Source: Bacteroidota bacterium
GTDB lineage: Bacteria; Bacteroidota; Bacteroidia; Chitinophagales; CAIODY01
NCBI GenBank assembly: GCA_046051225.1
Contig: JBJOOR010000001.1
Location: 39,584 to 103,583, forward strand
DNA: 64,000 bases
Reading direction: 5' to 3'
The stretch's first letter is position 1. Each line of letters begins with the position of its first letter. Shown one piece after another: positions 1 to 10,506 of this stretch. Made by a program: the position numbers and the translations under genes. Under the pieces are notes generated by a model, which saw only the letters and a list, made by a program, of their open reading frames with translations, searched no databases and was not told the origin of the DNA.

Positions 1-176
1 CTAATAAATGCACGATGCACTAAAAAAAATAAAACTGTTGAAACACCCACCCTAAGTATGATAAATGCCAAGGGTTGCACATATTGAGGCATTACCGATT
101 TAGCAATAGTAAAATTAACACCGTATATAATGTTAACTAATAAAAGCGGAATATGTACTTTAAATAAATTTTTCAA
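1..176 (-). CDS. EamA/DMT-family transporter, N-terminal ~58 codons only (gene runs off the left edge of the window)
   Basis: Minus-strand frame is open from position 1 up to a TTG at 176-174. It reads (M)KNLFKVHIPLLLVNIIYGVNFTIAKSVMPQYVQPLAFIILRVGVSTVLFFLVHRAFI, two hydrophobic helices resembling EamA N-termini. Absent from the ORF track because it is truncated. Start codon uncertain. Confidence 0.4.
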   Translation of the reverse strand, partial: MKNLFKVHIPLLLVNIIYGVNFTIAKSVMPQYVQPLAFIILRVGVSTVLFFLVHRAFI

Positions 177-378
177 TGCTTTGCAAAGATAACTCTATTG
201 ATTATTAAAATTAAATAGAATTAACGATAACAACCAATAACGAATAGCAGGCATAAAGAGTATTGGGGCAAATAAAACTTTATGCAATCATTTAGAAAGG
301 AATAACATATATCACCATTGATTTATACAATGCTGTTTTTTGTAAAAACAATATTATCAAAAAAAAAGATAGATGTAT

Positions 379-1548
379 TTACAATACCTGCAAAATAGCA
401 CACTTCAAGTAATTGGTTTCTTTAATATTCCATATTAAAGGATGATCGGGCGATTGAGAATTAAATGCAACTTGTCGCACCAATCTTCCAGCATCGCTTG
501 CTGCATCTGTAATTACTTGCTTAAACTCTTCGGTATAAATAAAATGACTACAACTACTACTCACCAAATAACCACCAGGTTTTGTAAGTTGTATGCCTCT
601 TAAATTAATCTCTTTATAGCCCTTTAATGCCTTTTCAAAATTGCTTCGGCTTTTGGTAAATGCAGGTGGGTCGAGCAATACAACATCATATTTCTGTTTG
701 TTTGCTACTCTTTTTTTCAAATCATCAAATACATTGGCTTCGGTAAACTTGCATTGTGTAAAATTATTTAAGGCTGCATTAGCGTTGCATTGTGCCACAG
801 CATCGACCGAAATATCAATACCTTCTACATCAGCAGCGCCAAACTTAGCAGCATACATGCTAAATGAGCCTGTATAACTGCAAGCATCTAACACAGTTGC
901 ATCTTTTACAAACGGTTGTAATGCTAATCTGTTGCGGCGTTGGTCATGAAAAAAACCTGTCTTTTGTCCGTTAGCCACATCTACCCAAAATTTTATTCCA
1001 TCTTGGTTCATCACAAACTTGGTATCAAATTTTTGTTTCAAAAACCCAGTTTGTTGTTTCATCCCTTCCAATTCTCTTACCGATGCATCATTACGTTCAT
1101 AAATTTTTTCGGTTTGAAATATTTCAGCAAGAATATTTACAATTTCCAATTTCCATTTATCAATACCCAATGCTAAAGTTTGAATTACAATTACATCCTC
1201 AAATTTATCAACCACCAAAGCTGGTAAGCCATCAGCTTCGCCAAATACCACACGACAATTTTTATTGTAACCAATCTGTTGACGATAATTCCAAGCAGCC
1301 TGAATTTTTTGTTTGAAAAAATTGGCATCAATTATCTCATCTTTTTTACGAGATAAAATTCTTACCACAATTTGTGATTGGTCATTAATATAACCCTTGC
1401 CTAAAAAATGTTGATGATGGTCGTACACCTCTACAATATCACCATTTACATATTCGCCATCAATTTTAGCAATTTCATTATTATATACCCATGGATGTCC
1501 GCCACTTATTCTACCATGTTTTTTGGGTTGAAGAATTATTTTTGTCAT
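379..1548 (-). CDS. rlmI: 23S rRNA m5C methyltransferase, RlmI-like (PUA + class I SAM methyltransferase)
   Basis: 389 aa. N-terminal PUA-like GHPWVYNNEI, SAM-binding VLDACSYTGSFS and catalytic LLDPPAF motif. Confidence 0.8.
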   Translation of the reverse strand: MTKIILQPKKHGRISGGHPWVYNNEIAKIDGEYVNGDIVEVYDHHQHFLGKGYINDQSQIVVRILSRKKDEIIDANFFKQKIQAAWNYRQQIGYNKNCRVVFGEADGLPALVVDKFEDVIVIQTLALGIDKWKLEIVNILAEIFQTEKIYERNDASVRELEGMKQQTGFLKQKFDTKFVMNQDGIKFWVDVANGQKTGFFHDQRRNRLALQPFVKDATVLDACSYTGSFSMYAAKFGAADVEGIDISVDAVAQCNANAALNNFTQCKFTEANVFDDLKKRVANKQKYDVVLLDPPAFTKSRSNFEKALKGYKEINLRGIQLTKPGGYLVSSSCSHFIYTEEFKQVITDAASDAGRLVRQVAFNSQSPDHPLIWNIKETNYLKCAILQVL

Positions 1549-1572
1549 TTGATTTAATTTATATTTAAAATT

Positions 1573-1612
1573 AAAAACGGCTATTCGGAAAATACTCCAA
1601 ATAGCCGTTTAA
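1573..1612 (-). terminator. Rho-independent terminator after rplS
   Basis: 10-12 bp stem aacggctatt (1576-1585) / aatagccgtt (1600-1609). On the minus strand it is followed by a T-rich run (TTTAATTTT). Confidence 0.6.
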
Positions 1613-1630
1613 TTATTTAGTTATTAAAAA

Positions 1631-1972
1631 TTAAGCCTCTACAATACGAGCAGCTTTACCTCTTAATTTACGCAAGTAGAATATACGAGCACGGCGAACT
1701 TTACCACGTTTGTTTAAAACAATAGTTTCAATACTTGGCGCATGAACAGGAAAAATACGTTCAACACCAATACCATCAGAAATTTTACGAATTGTAAAAG
1801 TTTCGGTAGCGCCATTGCCACGGCGTTGAATTACATCGCCTTTAAATGACTGTAAACGGCTTTTATCACCCTCTACAATTTTATAGGTAACAGTAATATT
1901 ATCACCAGCTTTAAAGCTTACGTATTCTTTTTTAGTTACTAATTGTTCGTTTACGAATTTAATTGCGTCCAT
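1631..1972 (-). CDS. rplS: 50S ribosomal protein L19
   Basis: 113 aa. Typical L19 size and sequence ([29 protein letters not shown]...RIFPVHAP). Confidence 0.95.
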   Translation of the reverse strand: MDAIKFVNEQLVTKKEYVSFKAGDNITVTYKIVEGDKSRLQSFKGDVIQRRGNGATETFTIRKISDGIGVERIFPVHAPSIETIVLNKRGKVRRARIFYLRKLRGKAARIVEA

Positions 1973-2107
1973 TTCTCTTATTTTTTTTGGGAGTGCAAAT
2001 GTATAAGAATAATTTTACTTGTCAAAATGTTTTTTTAAATAAAAAAACTCTAGCTGTTTGGGAAGCAGGATGATAAGCATTTTCTTTGCACCTCAATTTT
2101 AAAAAAA

Positions 2108-2932
2108 ATGGAAAATATTATCGAAAAAACAAACGAAACAGTAGCATTTATCAACACTAAAATAAATGGGTTTAATGCTGATTATGGTATTGTATTGGGT
2201 AGTGGCTTGGGTGGATTGATAAACGAAATAAAGATTCTACACGAATTAAAATATGCTGATATTCCTAACTTCCCTCTAAGCACCGTAATTGGGCATAGTG
2301 GTAAATTAATATTCGGAACCATTGGTGCAAAAAAAGTGGTAGCCATGAGTGGTAGATTTCATTACTACGAAGGTTACAGCATGAATCAAGTTGCTTTTCC
2401 TATTAGAGTGATGAAATTTTTAGGTATAAAAAAATTGTTTTTAAGCAATGCGGCTGGCGGTTTAAACCCCAAACAACAAGTGGGCGATTTGATGATTATT
2501 AAAGACCACATTAGTCTTTTACCAACCAATCCATTGATGGGGAAAAATATTGATGAATTAGGCACTCGTTTTCCTGACATGAGTGAGCCTTATGATAAAA
2601 CGATGATTGAAAAAGCATTGGCAATTGCTACAGAAAATAATTTTAGATGTAGCATTGGCAATTATGTTGGCGTTACAGGTCCATGCTTCGAAAGCCCTGC
2701 CGAGTATAGATATATGCATATAATTGGTGGCGATGCTGTTGGCATGAGTACTGTACCCGAAGTGATTGCTGCCCGGCACATGCTGCTGCCCGTTTTTGCC
2801 ATTTCGGTAATTACAGATTTGGGTGTAACAGATGTGCCAGTAAAAATTACACATGCAGAAGTGATAAAAGCTGCCAATGAAGCCGAAACAAAATTTACCG
2901 TAATTATTAAACGATTGATTATTGAAGATTAG
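2108..2932 (+). CDS. Purine nucleoside phosphorylase (trimeric PNP family)
   Basis: 274 aa. GSGLGGL phosphate loop, GRFHYYEG, SNAAGG and GMSTVPEV motifs. Confidence 0.9.
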   Translation: MENIIEKTNETVAFINTKINGFNADYGIVLGSGLGGLINEIKILHELKYADIPNFPLSTVIGHSGKLIFGTIGAKKVVAMSGRFHYYEGYSMNQVAFPIRVMKFLGIKKLFLSNAAGGLNPKQQVGDLMIIKDHISLLPTNPLMGKNIDELGTRFPDMSEPYDKTMIEKALAIATENNFRCSIGNYVGVTGPCFESPAEYRYMHIIGGDAVGMSTVPEVIAARHMLLPVFAISVITDLGVTDVPVKITHAEVIKAANEAETKFTVIIKRLIIED

Positions 2933-3348
2933 GAGTTGATAATTTCTACAAATTCATTAGGTACATTTTCAGTTTTTCTTTGCTTATAATTAAAACATAC
3001 CATTCCTGTTTTTACAATTGCAATGTCGCTGCTTTGCTTGGTAATTTTATACCAAATATCAAAACTTTTTGTTGATAAATCATTTACTGCAATTTCAAAC
3101 AATAGCTCATCGTTATAAAAACTTTCACCTTTGTATTGTATGGCCACATCACCCATTATTACAGATGTATTAAAGAAGTTGATTTCATTGGCGTTCATAC
3201 TATTAAAAAATCTTACACGGGCTTCATGAATCATTGAAAGCAAAGCATCATTACCTAAATGACCGCCATAATTAATATCCGTAATTCTTACATTCATAGT
3301 AGTTGTAAAAATTACTTTTTCTGGAAAATCTAATTTTATTCTTGCCAT
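2929..3348 (-). CDS. Hotdog-fold acyl-CoA thioesterase family protein
   Basis: 139 aa. Size and the INYGGHLGNDALLSMIHEARVRFF segment resemble 4HBT/YbgC-like thioesterases. Weak, motif level only. Confidence 0.5.
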   Translation of the reverse strand: MARIKLDFPEKVIFTTTMNVRITDINYGGHLGNDALLSMIHEARVRFFNSMNANEINFFNTSVIMGDVAIQYKGESFYNDELLFEIAVNDLSTKSFDIWYKITKQSSDIAIVKTGMVCFNYKQRKTENVPNEFVEIINS

Positions 3349-3349
3349 A

Positions 3350-5083
3350 TTAATACTTAAATATTACTCCCAACATTGCATTTAATCCAAATGATTTATA
3401 GCCGTAAAATGTTTGATATTGCTGGTTTAAAATATTGTTTACTTGTACAAATCCCGAAATGTATTTGGTGTAATTATAGGTAGCTCCCAAACTTATATCT
3501 AATGGCAAATCGCCTTTAATAGCAACGGTTTTAGTACCTAATAGTGTTTTAGGTTGTTGCCAAGTAGTTGCCGATGCTTGAACTTTTATTTTATCAGCAA
3601 TTTTATACGAACCATTCAGCATTAATTTGATTGGCGGAAAATTCCAAGCCGTAATATCCTTACTTAATTTATAAAAATTATAGTAATCAAATGCTGCCGA
3701 TAATTTTAATTTTTCATTTTGATTATAAGAAATATCTGAATGGAAATTAAGAATAGTGGCTTCATCTATGTATTTCATCGTTAGTTCGCCGCCACGAACC
3801 GAATCATTATTTACAAACAATCCTAAATGCTGATAATACAATCGAGTGAATTTAGCATTGTACGAAATGCGTTTTTTATCAGTGCCTTTTACACCCATAT
3901 AACTATCCTGCGAATAGGTATTTTGCAAATCGGTATAACTTAAATGCGAACATTGATTTAGCAGATTTAAGTACGAATTTTTTTGTACCCAACCTTTCCA
4001 TCCTGTATAAAATATTAAGTAATTTTCAATCAATGGTTTTGTACTTTCATAATGAGGCATTAATACAAATACACCTTCGGTAAAGCTAGCATTTAAGCCT
4101 AATTCAGTACTCCATGTTTTTCTATTGAATTTATAAAATGGATTGATGGTTAATAAATTATTTGGTTGTTTTGGTGCATGAATAGTAACAAATGTTTCGG
4201 GCAAAAGTGTTTGCTTAGTTGATACATAAGGATAATTAAAATGGGTAAACATATCGGCAATGCTTAGCTCACTCCAATTCCAATTTATATTCACAATAAT
4301 CTGGTCGTTTGATTTTAATCTTTTTGATAATTGATTATTAAAATTAAATCCAGCTTCCGATAAATTTTTTGTTCCGTTTAAATCGGTAAATAATTTTTCG
4401 CCATTAAAACTTCTACTTAAATAATATGGATTCACATTGCTTTTCCATTCAAATGGCAATTTTAAATCGCTGGTGTTTTGCAAATTTACATCTGCCGATA
4501 TTTTGTTAAAATGATAACGCATTACACTATCTGATGATGTTCCTAAAACCTCCATGGCATAAGCAGTTCGCTTACTATTTTCATATTTTACATTGCCCGT
4601 AGCCGAAAACTTTTTTGAATATAATGTGCCGAATAATGTAAAAGCAGTTTGGCGTATAGCTCTCGATTTTATATCATTACTATGTGCACCATAATTAAAA
4701 ATTTCGCCACCATAATTAAAGTTTTTATTTTTTGTATTGGTATAAATCAAATCAATATATGGCGAATAATAATTGCCAATTCCAATTTTTGCATACACAC
4801 TTGGCAGCTCTTCCTTGTTGTAATCTTTGGGCATAGCAGCAGGTTTTAGGCTTGGTGCTGTGTATGGAATTTCCATCAACTTAGCAGGCACATCGTAGCT
4901 TACAGGCTGTTTCTCGGTTTTGTTTTTTTCTATTTGTGGCACAAACGAAATCTTAACCGCATCAGCCAAAATGGGTTGATAGGGTTTGATGATATCAATC
5001 TCTTGCGATTTAATTTCATCTTCTTGCGCCGATGCAAATTTTGCAATAGCCAACATCATTATTATTAAATATATTTTCTTCAT
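3350..5083 (-). CDS. Putative outer-membrane beta-barrel protein
   Basis: 577 aa. Signal peptide MKKIYLIIMMLAIAKFASAQ, alternating aromatic-rich strands, C-terminal ...GVIFKY. Confidence 0.5.
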   Translation of the reverse strand: MKKIYLIIMMLAIAKFASAQEDEIKSQEIDIIKPYQPILADAVKISFVPQIEKNKTEKQPVSYDVPAKLMEIPYTAPSLKPAAMPKDYNKEELPSVYAKIGIGNYYSPYIDLIYTNTKNKNFNYGGEIFNYGAHSNDIKSRAIRQTAFTLFGTLYSKKFSATGNVKYENSKRTAYAMEVLGTSSDSVMRYHFNKISADVNLQNTSDLKLPFEWKSNVNPYYLSRSFNGEKLFTDLNGTKNLSEAGFNFNNQLSKRLKSNDQIIVNINWNWSELSIADMFTHFNYPYVSTKQTLLPETFVTIHAPKQPNNLLTINPFYKFNRKTWSTELGLNASFTEGVFVLMPHYESTKPLIENYLIFYTGWKGWVQKNSYLNLLNQCSHLSYTDLQNTYSQDSYMGVKGTDKKRISYNAKFTRLYYQHLGLFVNNDSVRGGELTMKYIDEATILNFHSDISYNQNEKLKLSAAFDYYNFYKLSKDITAWNFPPIKLMLNGSYKIADKIKVQASATTWQQPKTLLGTKTVAIKGDLPLDISLGATYNYTKYISGFVQVNNILNQQYQTFYGYKSFGLNAMLGVIFKY

Positions 5084-5107
5084 TTCTATTATTTTATTGA
5101 TAGCCTA

Positions 5108-8100
5108 TTACTTTTCTATCGTGTCTGTTTTAATTCTATTTTCCGATTGCTCTAAAGCCATTACCGCTTTTAATTTAATATCTGCTTGTTTCAGCAAATC
5201 AGCATCTTTGGTGCTTTCTTTCAAGGTTTCTAATGTGGCTCTTGATTGAAAATATTCTTTCTTGGCAATATAAACTTCACTTAGTGTAAGCAACGATTTT
5301 CCTACCCAACTATCATAAGCTGGTGTTTGATTAATAATATCAAAACAAAGTTTTTCAGCATCATCAAGCTTCATGGTTTTTAAAGCAATGTTGGCTAAAA
5401 TATATTTCGATTCAGCACCACGTTCGTTGTTTTGTTTAGCTGATATTTTTAAATTAGTTTGCGCTTTTTCAACATCATTTTCATAATAATTTATTTTACC
5501 TAAATAAAAGTTGGCTTCGTTTACTTCCTCATCTGTAGCCGATTCTAAGGCAATTAACTTTTCAGCATAAGTTTTACAAACATCATTTTTATTAATTAAA
5601 AAAGCCGAACGCATGGCGCCTCTTATTCCATCCATCACATTATTTTTATAACTTGTTTCATCAGCCATGCGCTGATAAAATACCATGGCTTTGGTATAAT
5701 TTTTTACTTTATAAAAAGCTAATTGAGCACATCGTACCAAACTTTTTTCAGTGTATTTATTAGTGTTTTGATTTACCACAGCTTCATACTTTTCTAAAGC
5801 TTCGCCCCACATTTGTTTTTTGTAATAGCAATCAGCTAAATAATAATTGGCTTGTGTTTGAAAATAGCCTTTCGGAAATTTGGTTACATACACTTCTAAA
5901 TCTCTTGTAGCTTCTTCTAATTTTTGATTCTGATAATTTATTTCAGCCGATTGATAAGTGATTGAATCTTCCATCGAAGCCGATAATTGTGCATCGGGTG
6001 TTTGTTTTAAATAATCTAAAAATGATTTTGCATCACCTTTATCTACATACAAATTTTTCAATGCCAATAAGGCTTCGCTGGCTTCAGCGCTTTTTGGATA
6101 ATCGGCTACAATGGCTTTGTAAATAACGGCTGCATCATCAATTTGATTGGTGTTTACTTTTACCAATGCCAACTTCAATCTCGATTTTTTATAGTACACA
6201 CTCTTCGAATAATTATCAATAATCATTTGATAATTTGTAGCAGCAGCATCAAATTTTTCGTTGTTAAAATTTGTATTTCCAATTTCAAATTGTGCATCAT
6301 CTACATAAATTGATTTTGGATATTTGGTACACAAAGTTTGTAACGATTGAATTTTTGTAGCATCATCATTGGTTAAACCATAAATAATTCCTTTTTGATA
6401 ATAAGCGTAATCGCTGCCACCAGCGTTGTATTCAATCACATCATCATAATTAATAATTGCTTTTTCATAATCGTGCAATGAAAAATAACAATCCGCAGTA
6501 CGAAGCGAAGCATCGGCAGCCAAACGTGTTTTTGAACCTGATGATAAATTTGATTTTCGTAAATAAGGCAATGCTGTTTTGTATTCTTGCTTTTTTAAAT
6601 AACAATACGCCACATTATAATTTGCATTTTTATATGAAATATTGGCTGGCAAATTATCGCATACTTTTTCTAATTCTAAAAATTTATTGTACTCCGAAAT
6701 GGCTTCATTTAATTTTGCATTTCTGAAATCAATTTCGCCTTTCCAGAAATAAGCAGCGGCTTCTAAATTATTATTTAATGCATAGTTTAATGATTGGTCG
6801 AACATTTTTTCGGCTTCTGAAAATACTTTATCATTAAATAATTCAACACCTCTATTATATGCAATAAACTGTGCAGCCATCTGCATTTTGGGCGTTTTGT
6901 TTTTTATAGCACTTACCATTTTCCAAGCCTCACGATAATTGTTTGTTTCAAAATAAACATTGGTTAATGTTTCTCTTGCGTCTTCAATATTTTTTGATGT
7001 GCTGTATTTTTTTGTGTAGTCCGATAATTCGCTAATGGCAATTTGATGCATACCCGATTCGTAAGCCAACTTAGCTGCACTTAAAGTTGAAACATCCTGA
7101 ATGTCTTTATCCCAATCCATTTTTGAAGCTCGTAAAAATGCACTTCGGCTATCTGCTTTTTGATTGGTTTTTAAATAACAATCGCCCAATAAATACATGG
7201 CGTATTGCCCTAAAGAATCATCTTGTGTGGCTAATTCTTTTAAATTCAGAATAGCATCAGCATATTTTTTGGTTTGATATTGAGCAAATGCTAATTGATA
7301 AAAATCTTTAGAATACATTTTCTTTTGTGCCTTTGCATTGCCCTCTAAATAAGGCAAAGCCAATGCATAATTTTTTTTCATAAAATAAGCTTGCCCAATC
7401 AAGTTTTCTAATTCGCTTTTGTACAATAGGTTTTTCTTTTCTAATTGTACTGGAGCATAAGCCAACAAAGCATCATATTTTTTTTGAGCAAAATAGGTTT
7501 GTGATAAATAATACGGAATAATGTTTTCGTACATGGTAGCCTGCGATGCTTTTTCGAAATGTTTTTCAGCATCTTCATAATTTTTATTATTCATCAAAAT
7601 ATAGCCCGAATAATAGTTTGCAGGGTAGTAGTATTTATTTTGCGAAGCCGAAAGCGATTTGAAAAGTGGTAATGCTTTATCTAATTTTTTAGTAAAAAAA
7701 TAGGCATAAGCTAAGTAGAATTTCGAGTTAGAAATTTCTTCGGTTTTTAATTCGCCATGCTCTACATCTTCTAAATAGGTAATTACATCTTTAAATTTAT
7801 TTTGCTTAAAATTTAATTTCCCCAATACATATTTTGCATCGTTATCACGGGTATTGGTTTGAAAGTTTTCTAAAAAATTTTTCATTTCTTGTTCGCCTTG
7901 TGGTTCTTCTAATTCAATAGCACAAAGGGCTGCAAAGAATTGTGCATCGGTATGCAATTGCTGATAACGATTATCGTTGTAGTACGGAAACTGTGCTAAA
8001 GTTTTTTGAAATTCATTTAGGGCAGCTTTGTATTGCTTTTGGTCGAGCAGTTCAACGCCTTTATTAAATGCATTAAAATCATCATCATAGGTTTTAGTTT

Positions 8101-8173
8101 CTTGTGCTGAAACCGAAATGGCGAATAGGCTACAAAGAATGGAAATATAAATTCCAATTATTTTTTTAATCAT
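5108..8173 (-). CDS. Large tetratricopeptide-repeat (TPR) protein, secreted
   Basis: 1021 aa. Signal peptide ends at SVSAQ. Dozens of A/Y/F-patterned 34-residue TPR-like repeats. Forms an operon with the downstream barrel gene. Confidence 0.8.
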   Translation of the reverse strand: MIKKIIGIYISILCSLFAISVSAQETKTYDDDFNAFNKGVELLDQKQYKAALNEFQKTLAQFPYYNDNRYQQLHTDAQFFAALCAIELEEPQGEQEMKNFLENFQTNTRDNDAKYVLGKLNFKQNKFKDVITYLEDVEHGELKTEEISNSKFYLAYAYFFTKKLDKALPLFKSLSASQNKYYYPANYYSGYILMNNKNYEDAEKHFEKASQATMYENIIPYYLSQTYFAQKKYDALLAYAPVQLEKKNLLYKSELENLIGQAYFMKKNYALALPYLEGNAKAQKKMYSKDFYQLAFAQYQTKKYADAILNLKELATQDDSLGQYAMYLLGDCYLKTNQKADSRSAFLRASKMDWDKDIQDVSTLSAAKLAYESGMHQIAISELSDYTKKYSTSKNIEDARETLTNVYFETNNYREAWKMVSAIKNKTPKMQMAAQFIAYNRGVELFNDKVFSEAEKMFDQSLNYALNNNLEAAAYFWKGEIDFRNAKLNEAISEYNKFLELEKVCDNLPANISYKNANYNVAYCYLKKQEYKTALPYLRKSNLSSGSKTRLAADASLRTADCYFSLHDYEKAIINYDDVIEYNAGGSDYAYYQKGIIYGLTNDDATKIQSLQTLCTKYPKSIYVDDAQFEIGNTNFNNEKFDAAATNYQMIIDNYSKSVYYKKSRLKLALVKVNTNQIDDAAVIYKAIVADYPKSAEASEALLALKNLYVDKGDAKSFLDYLKQTPDAQLSASMEDSITYQSAEINYQNQKLEEATRDLEVYVTKFPKGYFQTQANYYLADCYYKKQMWGEALEKYEAVVNQNTNKYTEKSLVRCAQLAFYKVKNYTKAMVFYQRMADETSYKNNVMDGIRGAMRSAFLINKNDVCKTYAEKLIALESATDEEVNEANFYLGKINYYENDVEKAQTNLKISAKQNNERGAESKYILANIALKTMKLDDAEKLCFDIINQTPAYDSWVGKSLLTLSEVYIAKKEYFQSRATLETLKESTKDADLLKQADIKLKAVMALEQSENRIKTDTIEK

Positions 8174-8334
8174 AATAAATCAAACGAAAATTTGCTTACG
8201 AAAATATATAAACGCTATACGGCAAAGGCTTTGAAATGGTTGTAATTGTAAACAGAACACAAAGAATTGTTTATTGATTAGTACGTTGTAATTTGAATTG
8301 AATAAATTACTTTTGATTGATTCAAAATAGAAAT

Positions 8335-9471
8335 ATGAGAAAATTTTCGGCTGATAAAATTTACACTATTGAAAACGGGATTATTGAAAATGGTGTGTTG
8401 GTGATAGATAAAAACAATACCATTGTAGAAATTGGCGAACGACAAAATTATGATATTGCCGAATTAGAAATTTATAATGGCGATATATGTCCTGGTTTTG
8501 TAAATGCACATTGCCATATAGAATTATCGCATTTAAAAAACAAAATAACACCACATACAGGGTTGGTTAATTTTATTGAACAGTTAATGAAAGTTAGATT
8601 TGAAATGGCTGATGATGAGCGATGCCAAGCCATTGAGGATGCAGAAAATGAAATGATAAAAAATGGAATTGTGGCAGTGGGCGATATTAGCAACGAAACA
8701 ATTTCGATTAAACAAAAGGCAAAGCAAAAATTATTTTATCACACTTTTATTGAAACTGTGGGCTTAAATCCATCTATTGCCGAAAAAAGATATACCGAAG
8801 CCATAGATTTAAGCAACCAATTTGCCGAACAAAAATTAACTACTACTATGGCGCCGCATGCGCCCTACTCAACATCGATTGAATTAATGAAACGGATATT
8901 TAATAAATGCGAAACATCTACTATTCATAATCAAGAAACGGAAGACGAAGCAAATTTTTTTATTCATAAAAGCGGTAACTTTTTATCATTTTATAAAAAC
9001 CTGAATCTTGATATTTCGTTTTTCAATGCTACTGCTATCAATTCGTTACAAAGTATTATTCAGCATTTGCCTACACAACAAAATATGCTTTTTGTACATA
9101 ATACTTTTGCTGATAAGCATGATTTGAAAAGTATAAAGCAGCAAAACCCAAATGCTTATTTATGTGCTTGTGCTAAGGCTAATTTATTTATCGAAAATGC
9201 TTTACCTAATTACAATTTGTGGTTTACTAATTTTAAAAATATTTGTATCGGCACTGATAGTTTGGCATCTAATTATTCTTTATCAATATGGGATGAAATA
9301 AAAACTATTCAACATCATTTTGCTGATATACCATTTGAAACAATATTGCAATGTGCCACACTTAATGGGGCTAAATTTTTAAATATTGATGATTGGGCTG
9401 GCAGTATTGCTTTGGGTAAAAGGCCTGGTATTAATATAATTGAAAACGGAAGCTGTACAAAACTTATATAA
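8335..9471 (+). CDS. Amidohydrolase-superfamily metal-dependent hydrolase
   Basis: GFVNAHCHIELSH (HxH metal motif) and later GTDS. The ORF track begins at TTG 8317. The ATG at 8335 (MRKFSADKIY) is preferred. Confidence 0.7.
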   Translation: MRKFSADKIYTIENGIIENGVLVIDKNNTIVEIGERQNYDIAELEIYNGDICPGFVNAHCHIELSHLKNKITPHTGLVNFIEQLMKVRFEMADDERCQAIEDAENEMIKNGIVAVGDISNETISIKQKAKQKLFYHTFIETVGLNPSIAEKRYTEAIDLSNQFAEQKLTTTMAPHAPYSTSIELMKRIFNKCETSTIHNQETEDEANFFIHKSGNFLSFYKNLNLDISFFNATAINSLQSIIQHLPTQQNMLFVHNTFADKHDLKSIKQQNPNAYLCACAKANLFIENALPNYNLWFTNFKNICIGTDSLASNYSLSIWDEIKTIQHHFADIPFETILQCATLNGAKFLNIDDWAGSIALGKRPGINIIENGSCTKLI

Positions 9472-9479
9472 AAACAAAA

Positions 9480-9516
9480 AAGGCGAAATATCATTGCAGA
9501 TACTTCGCCTTTTTAA
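9480..9516. terminator. Bidirectional terminator between the amidohydrolase gene and efp
   Basis: 8-bp stem aaggcgaa (9480-9487) / ttcgcctt (9504-9511). Flanked by an A-run upstream and a T-run downstream. Confidence 0.6.
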
Positions 9517-9537
9517 ATAGTAATTTATTGTATAAAA

Positions 9538-10101
9538 TTATTTTACACGTTCTACATAGCTGCCATTACGGGTGTCAACTTTTACCATAATATCTGAATC
9601 AACAAATAAAGGCACTTGAATAGTAGCACCTGTTTCTAAAGTTGCCATTTTTTGTGCATTGGTAGCTGTGTTGCCACGTTCGCCTGGCTCGGTATAAGTA
9701 ATCATTAAATTTACAAATGCTGGCACTTCGGCAAACAATGCTTTTTCGGTATCTTCATGTATACACACTTCTACTTCTTGTCCTTCTTTTAAAAATGGAT
9801 AACCCTCTACTTCATCTTCGGCCATTGTTAATTGTTCAAAAGTTTCGTTATCCATAAAATTATAACCGCTATCATCTTTATAAGTAAACTGAAATTTACG
9901 ACGGGTAATTTGTTGAATATCTAAAGGTTCGCCACTGTTAAAAGTATGGTCAAGCGATTTGCCCGATGTAATACTTTTTAATTTAGTACGCATATAAGCG
10001 CCGCCTTTGCCCGGTTTGTGGTGTTGAAAATCTATTACCGTCCACAAATCGTTTTTAAAATTGATACATAATCCTTTTCTGATGTCTGCTGTAGTTGCCA
10101 T
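9538..10101 (-). CDS. efp: Translation elongation factor P
   Basis: 187 aa. HHKPGKGGAYMRTKLK loop and three-domain EF-P length. Confidence 0.95.
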   Translation of the reverse strand: MATTADIRKGLCINFKNDLWTVIDFQHHKPGKGGAYMRTKLKSITSGKSLDHTFNSGEPLDIQQITRRKFQFTYKDDSGYNFMDNETFEQLTMAEDEVEGYPFLKEGQEVEVCIHEDTEKALFAEVPAFVNLMITYTEPGERGNTATNAQKMATLETGATIQVPLFVDSDIMVKVDTRNGSYVERVK

Positions 10102-10467
10102 TTTAGTTTATCTTATTATTTTTTTATGGATTGCAAAAGTAAACACTTATTTTGTATTTTCTATCCTTAACGGCTTTCATTGAATGAATACATTTTGCTA
10201 CAAAGATTATTTGAAATAATCAGCCCTTAAAAACACTAACTGCTTGAAAACAAACAAATTAGAAATAAAATACAGTTGTATGGATAAAAAAAACACGTGA
10301 ATGGGGTTCAGAAACACGTTTATTGTCTATTCAATAAACTGTGTCAAAATCAAAATAAAGATTATATATTGTATTTATTTTTCAACATTAGCAAAAAGCG
10401 CTTTTATTATTTTATTTTCGCAGCGCTGGTCGCTCTAAAAGCTTAGGATAAGCACTTGTCATTTGTT

Positions 10468-10506
10468 GATTGCACAGCAATCATAAATCGTAAATCAAAA
10501 TCATAC
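10468..10506 (+). repeat. dnaE leader: 6-bp hairpin plus AAATCRT heptamer repeats abutting the start codon
   Basis: gattgc-aca-gcaatc (10468-10482), then aatcat aaatcgt aaatcaa aatcatac directly before ATG 10507. A 19-nt string aatcataaatcgtaaatca recurs in sense orientation in the actD leader (42296-42323). Confidence 0.6.

Noticed and set aside
10290-10410. Direct repeats AAACACGT (twice) and the palindromes AAAAGCGCTTTT / AGCGCT in the 405-bp efp-dnaE spacer, as a regulator binding site or small RNA
   Set aside because: The elements are short, and nothing visible supports transcription or conservation. I note them but cannot support a feature call.
10456-10506. TTG-initiated 17-codon N-terminal extension of DnaE given in the ORF track
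   Set aside because: The extension is the translation of the hairpin plus heptamer leader (IINRKSKSY). The conserved PHP-domain N-terminus begins at the ATG at 10507.
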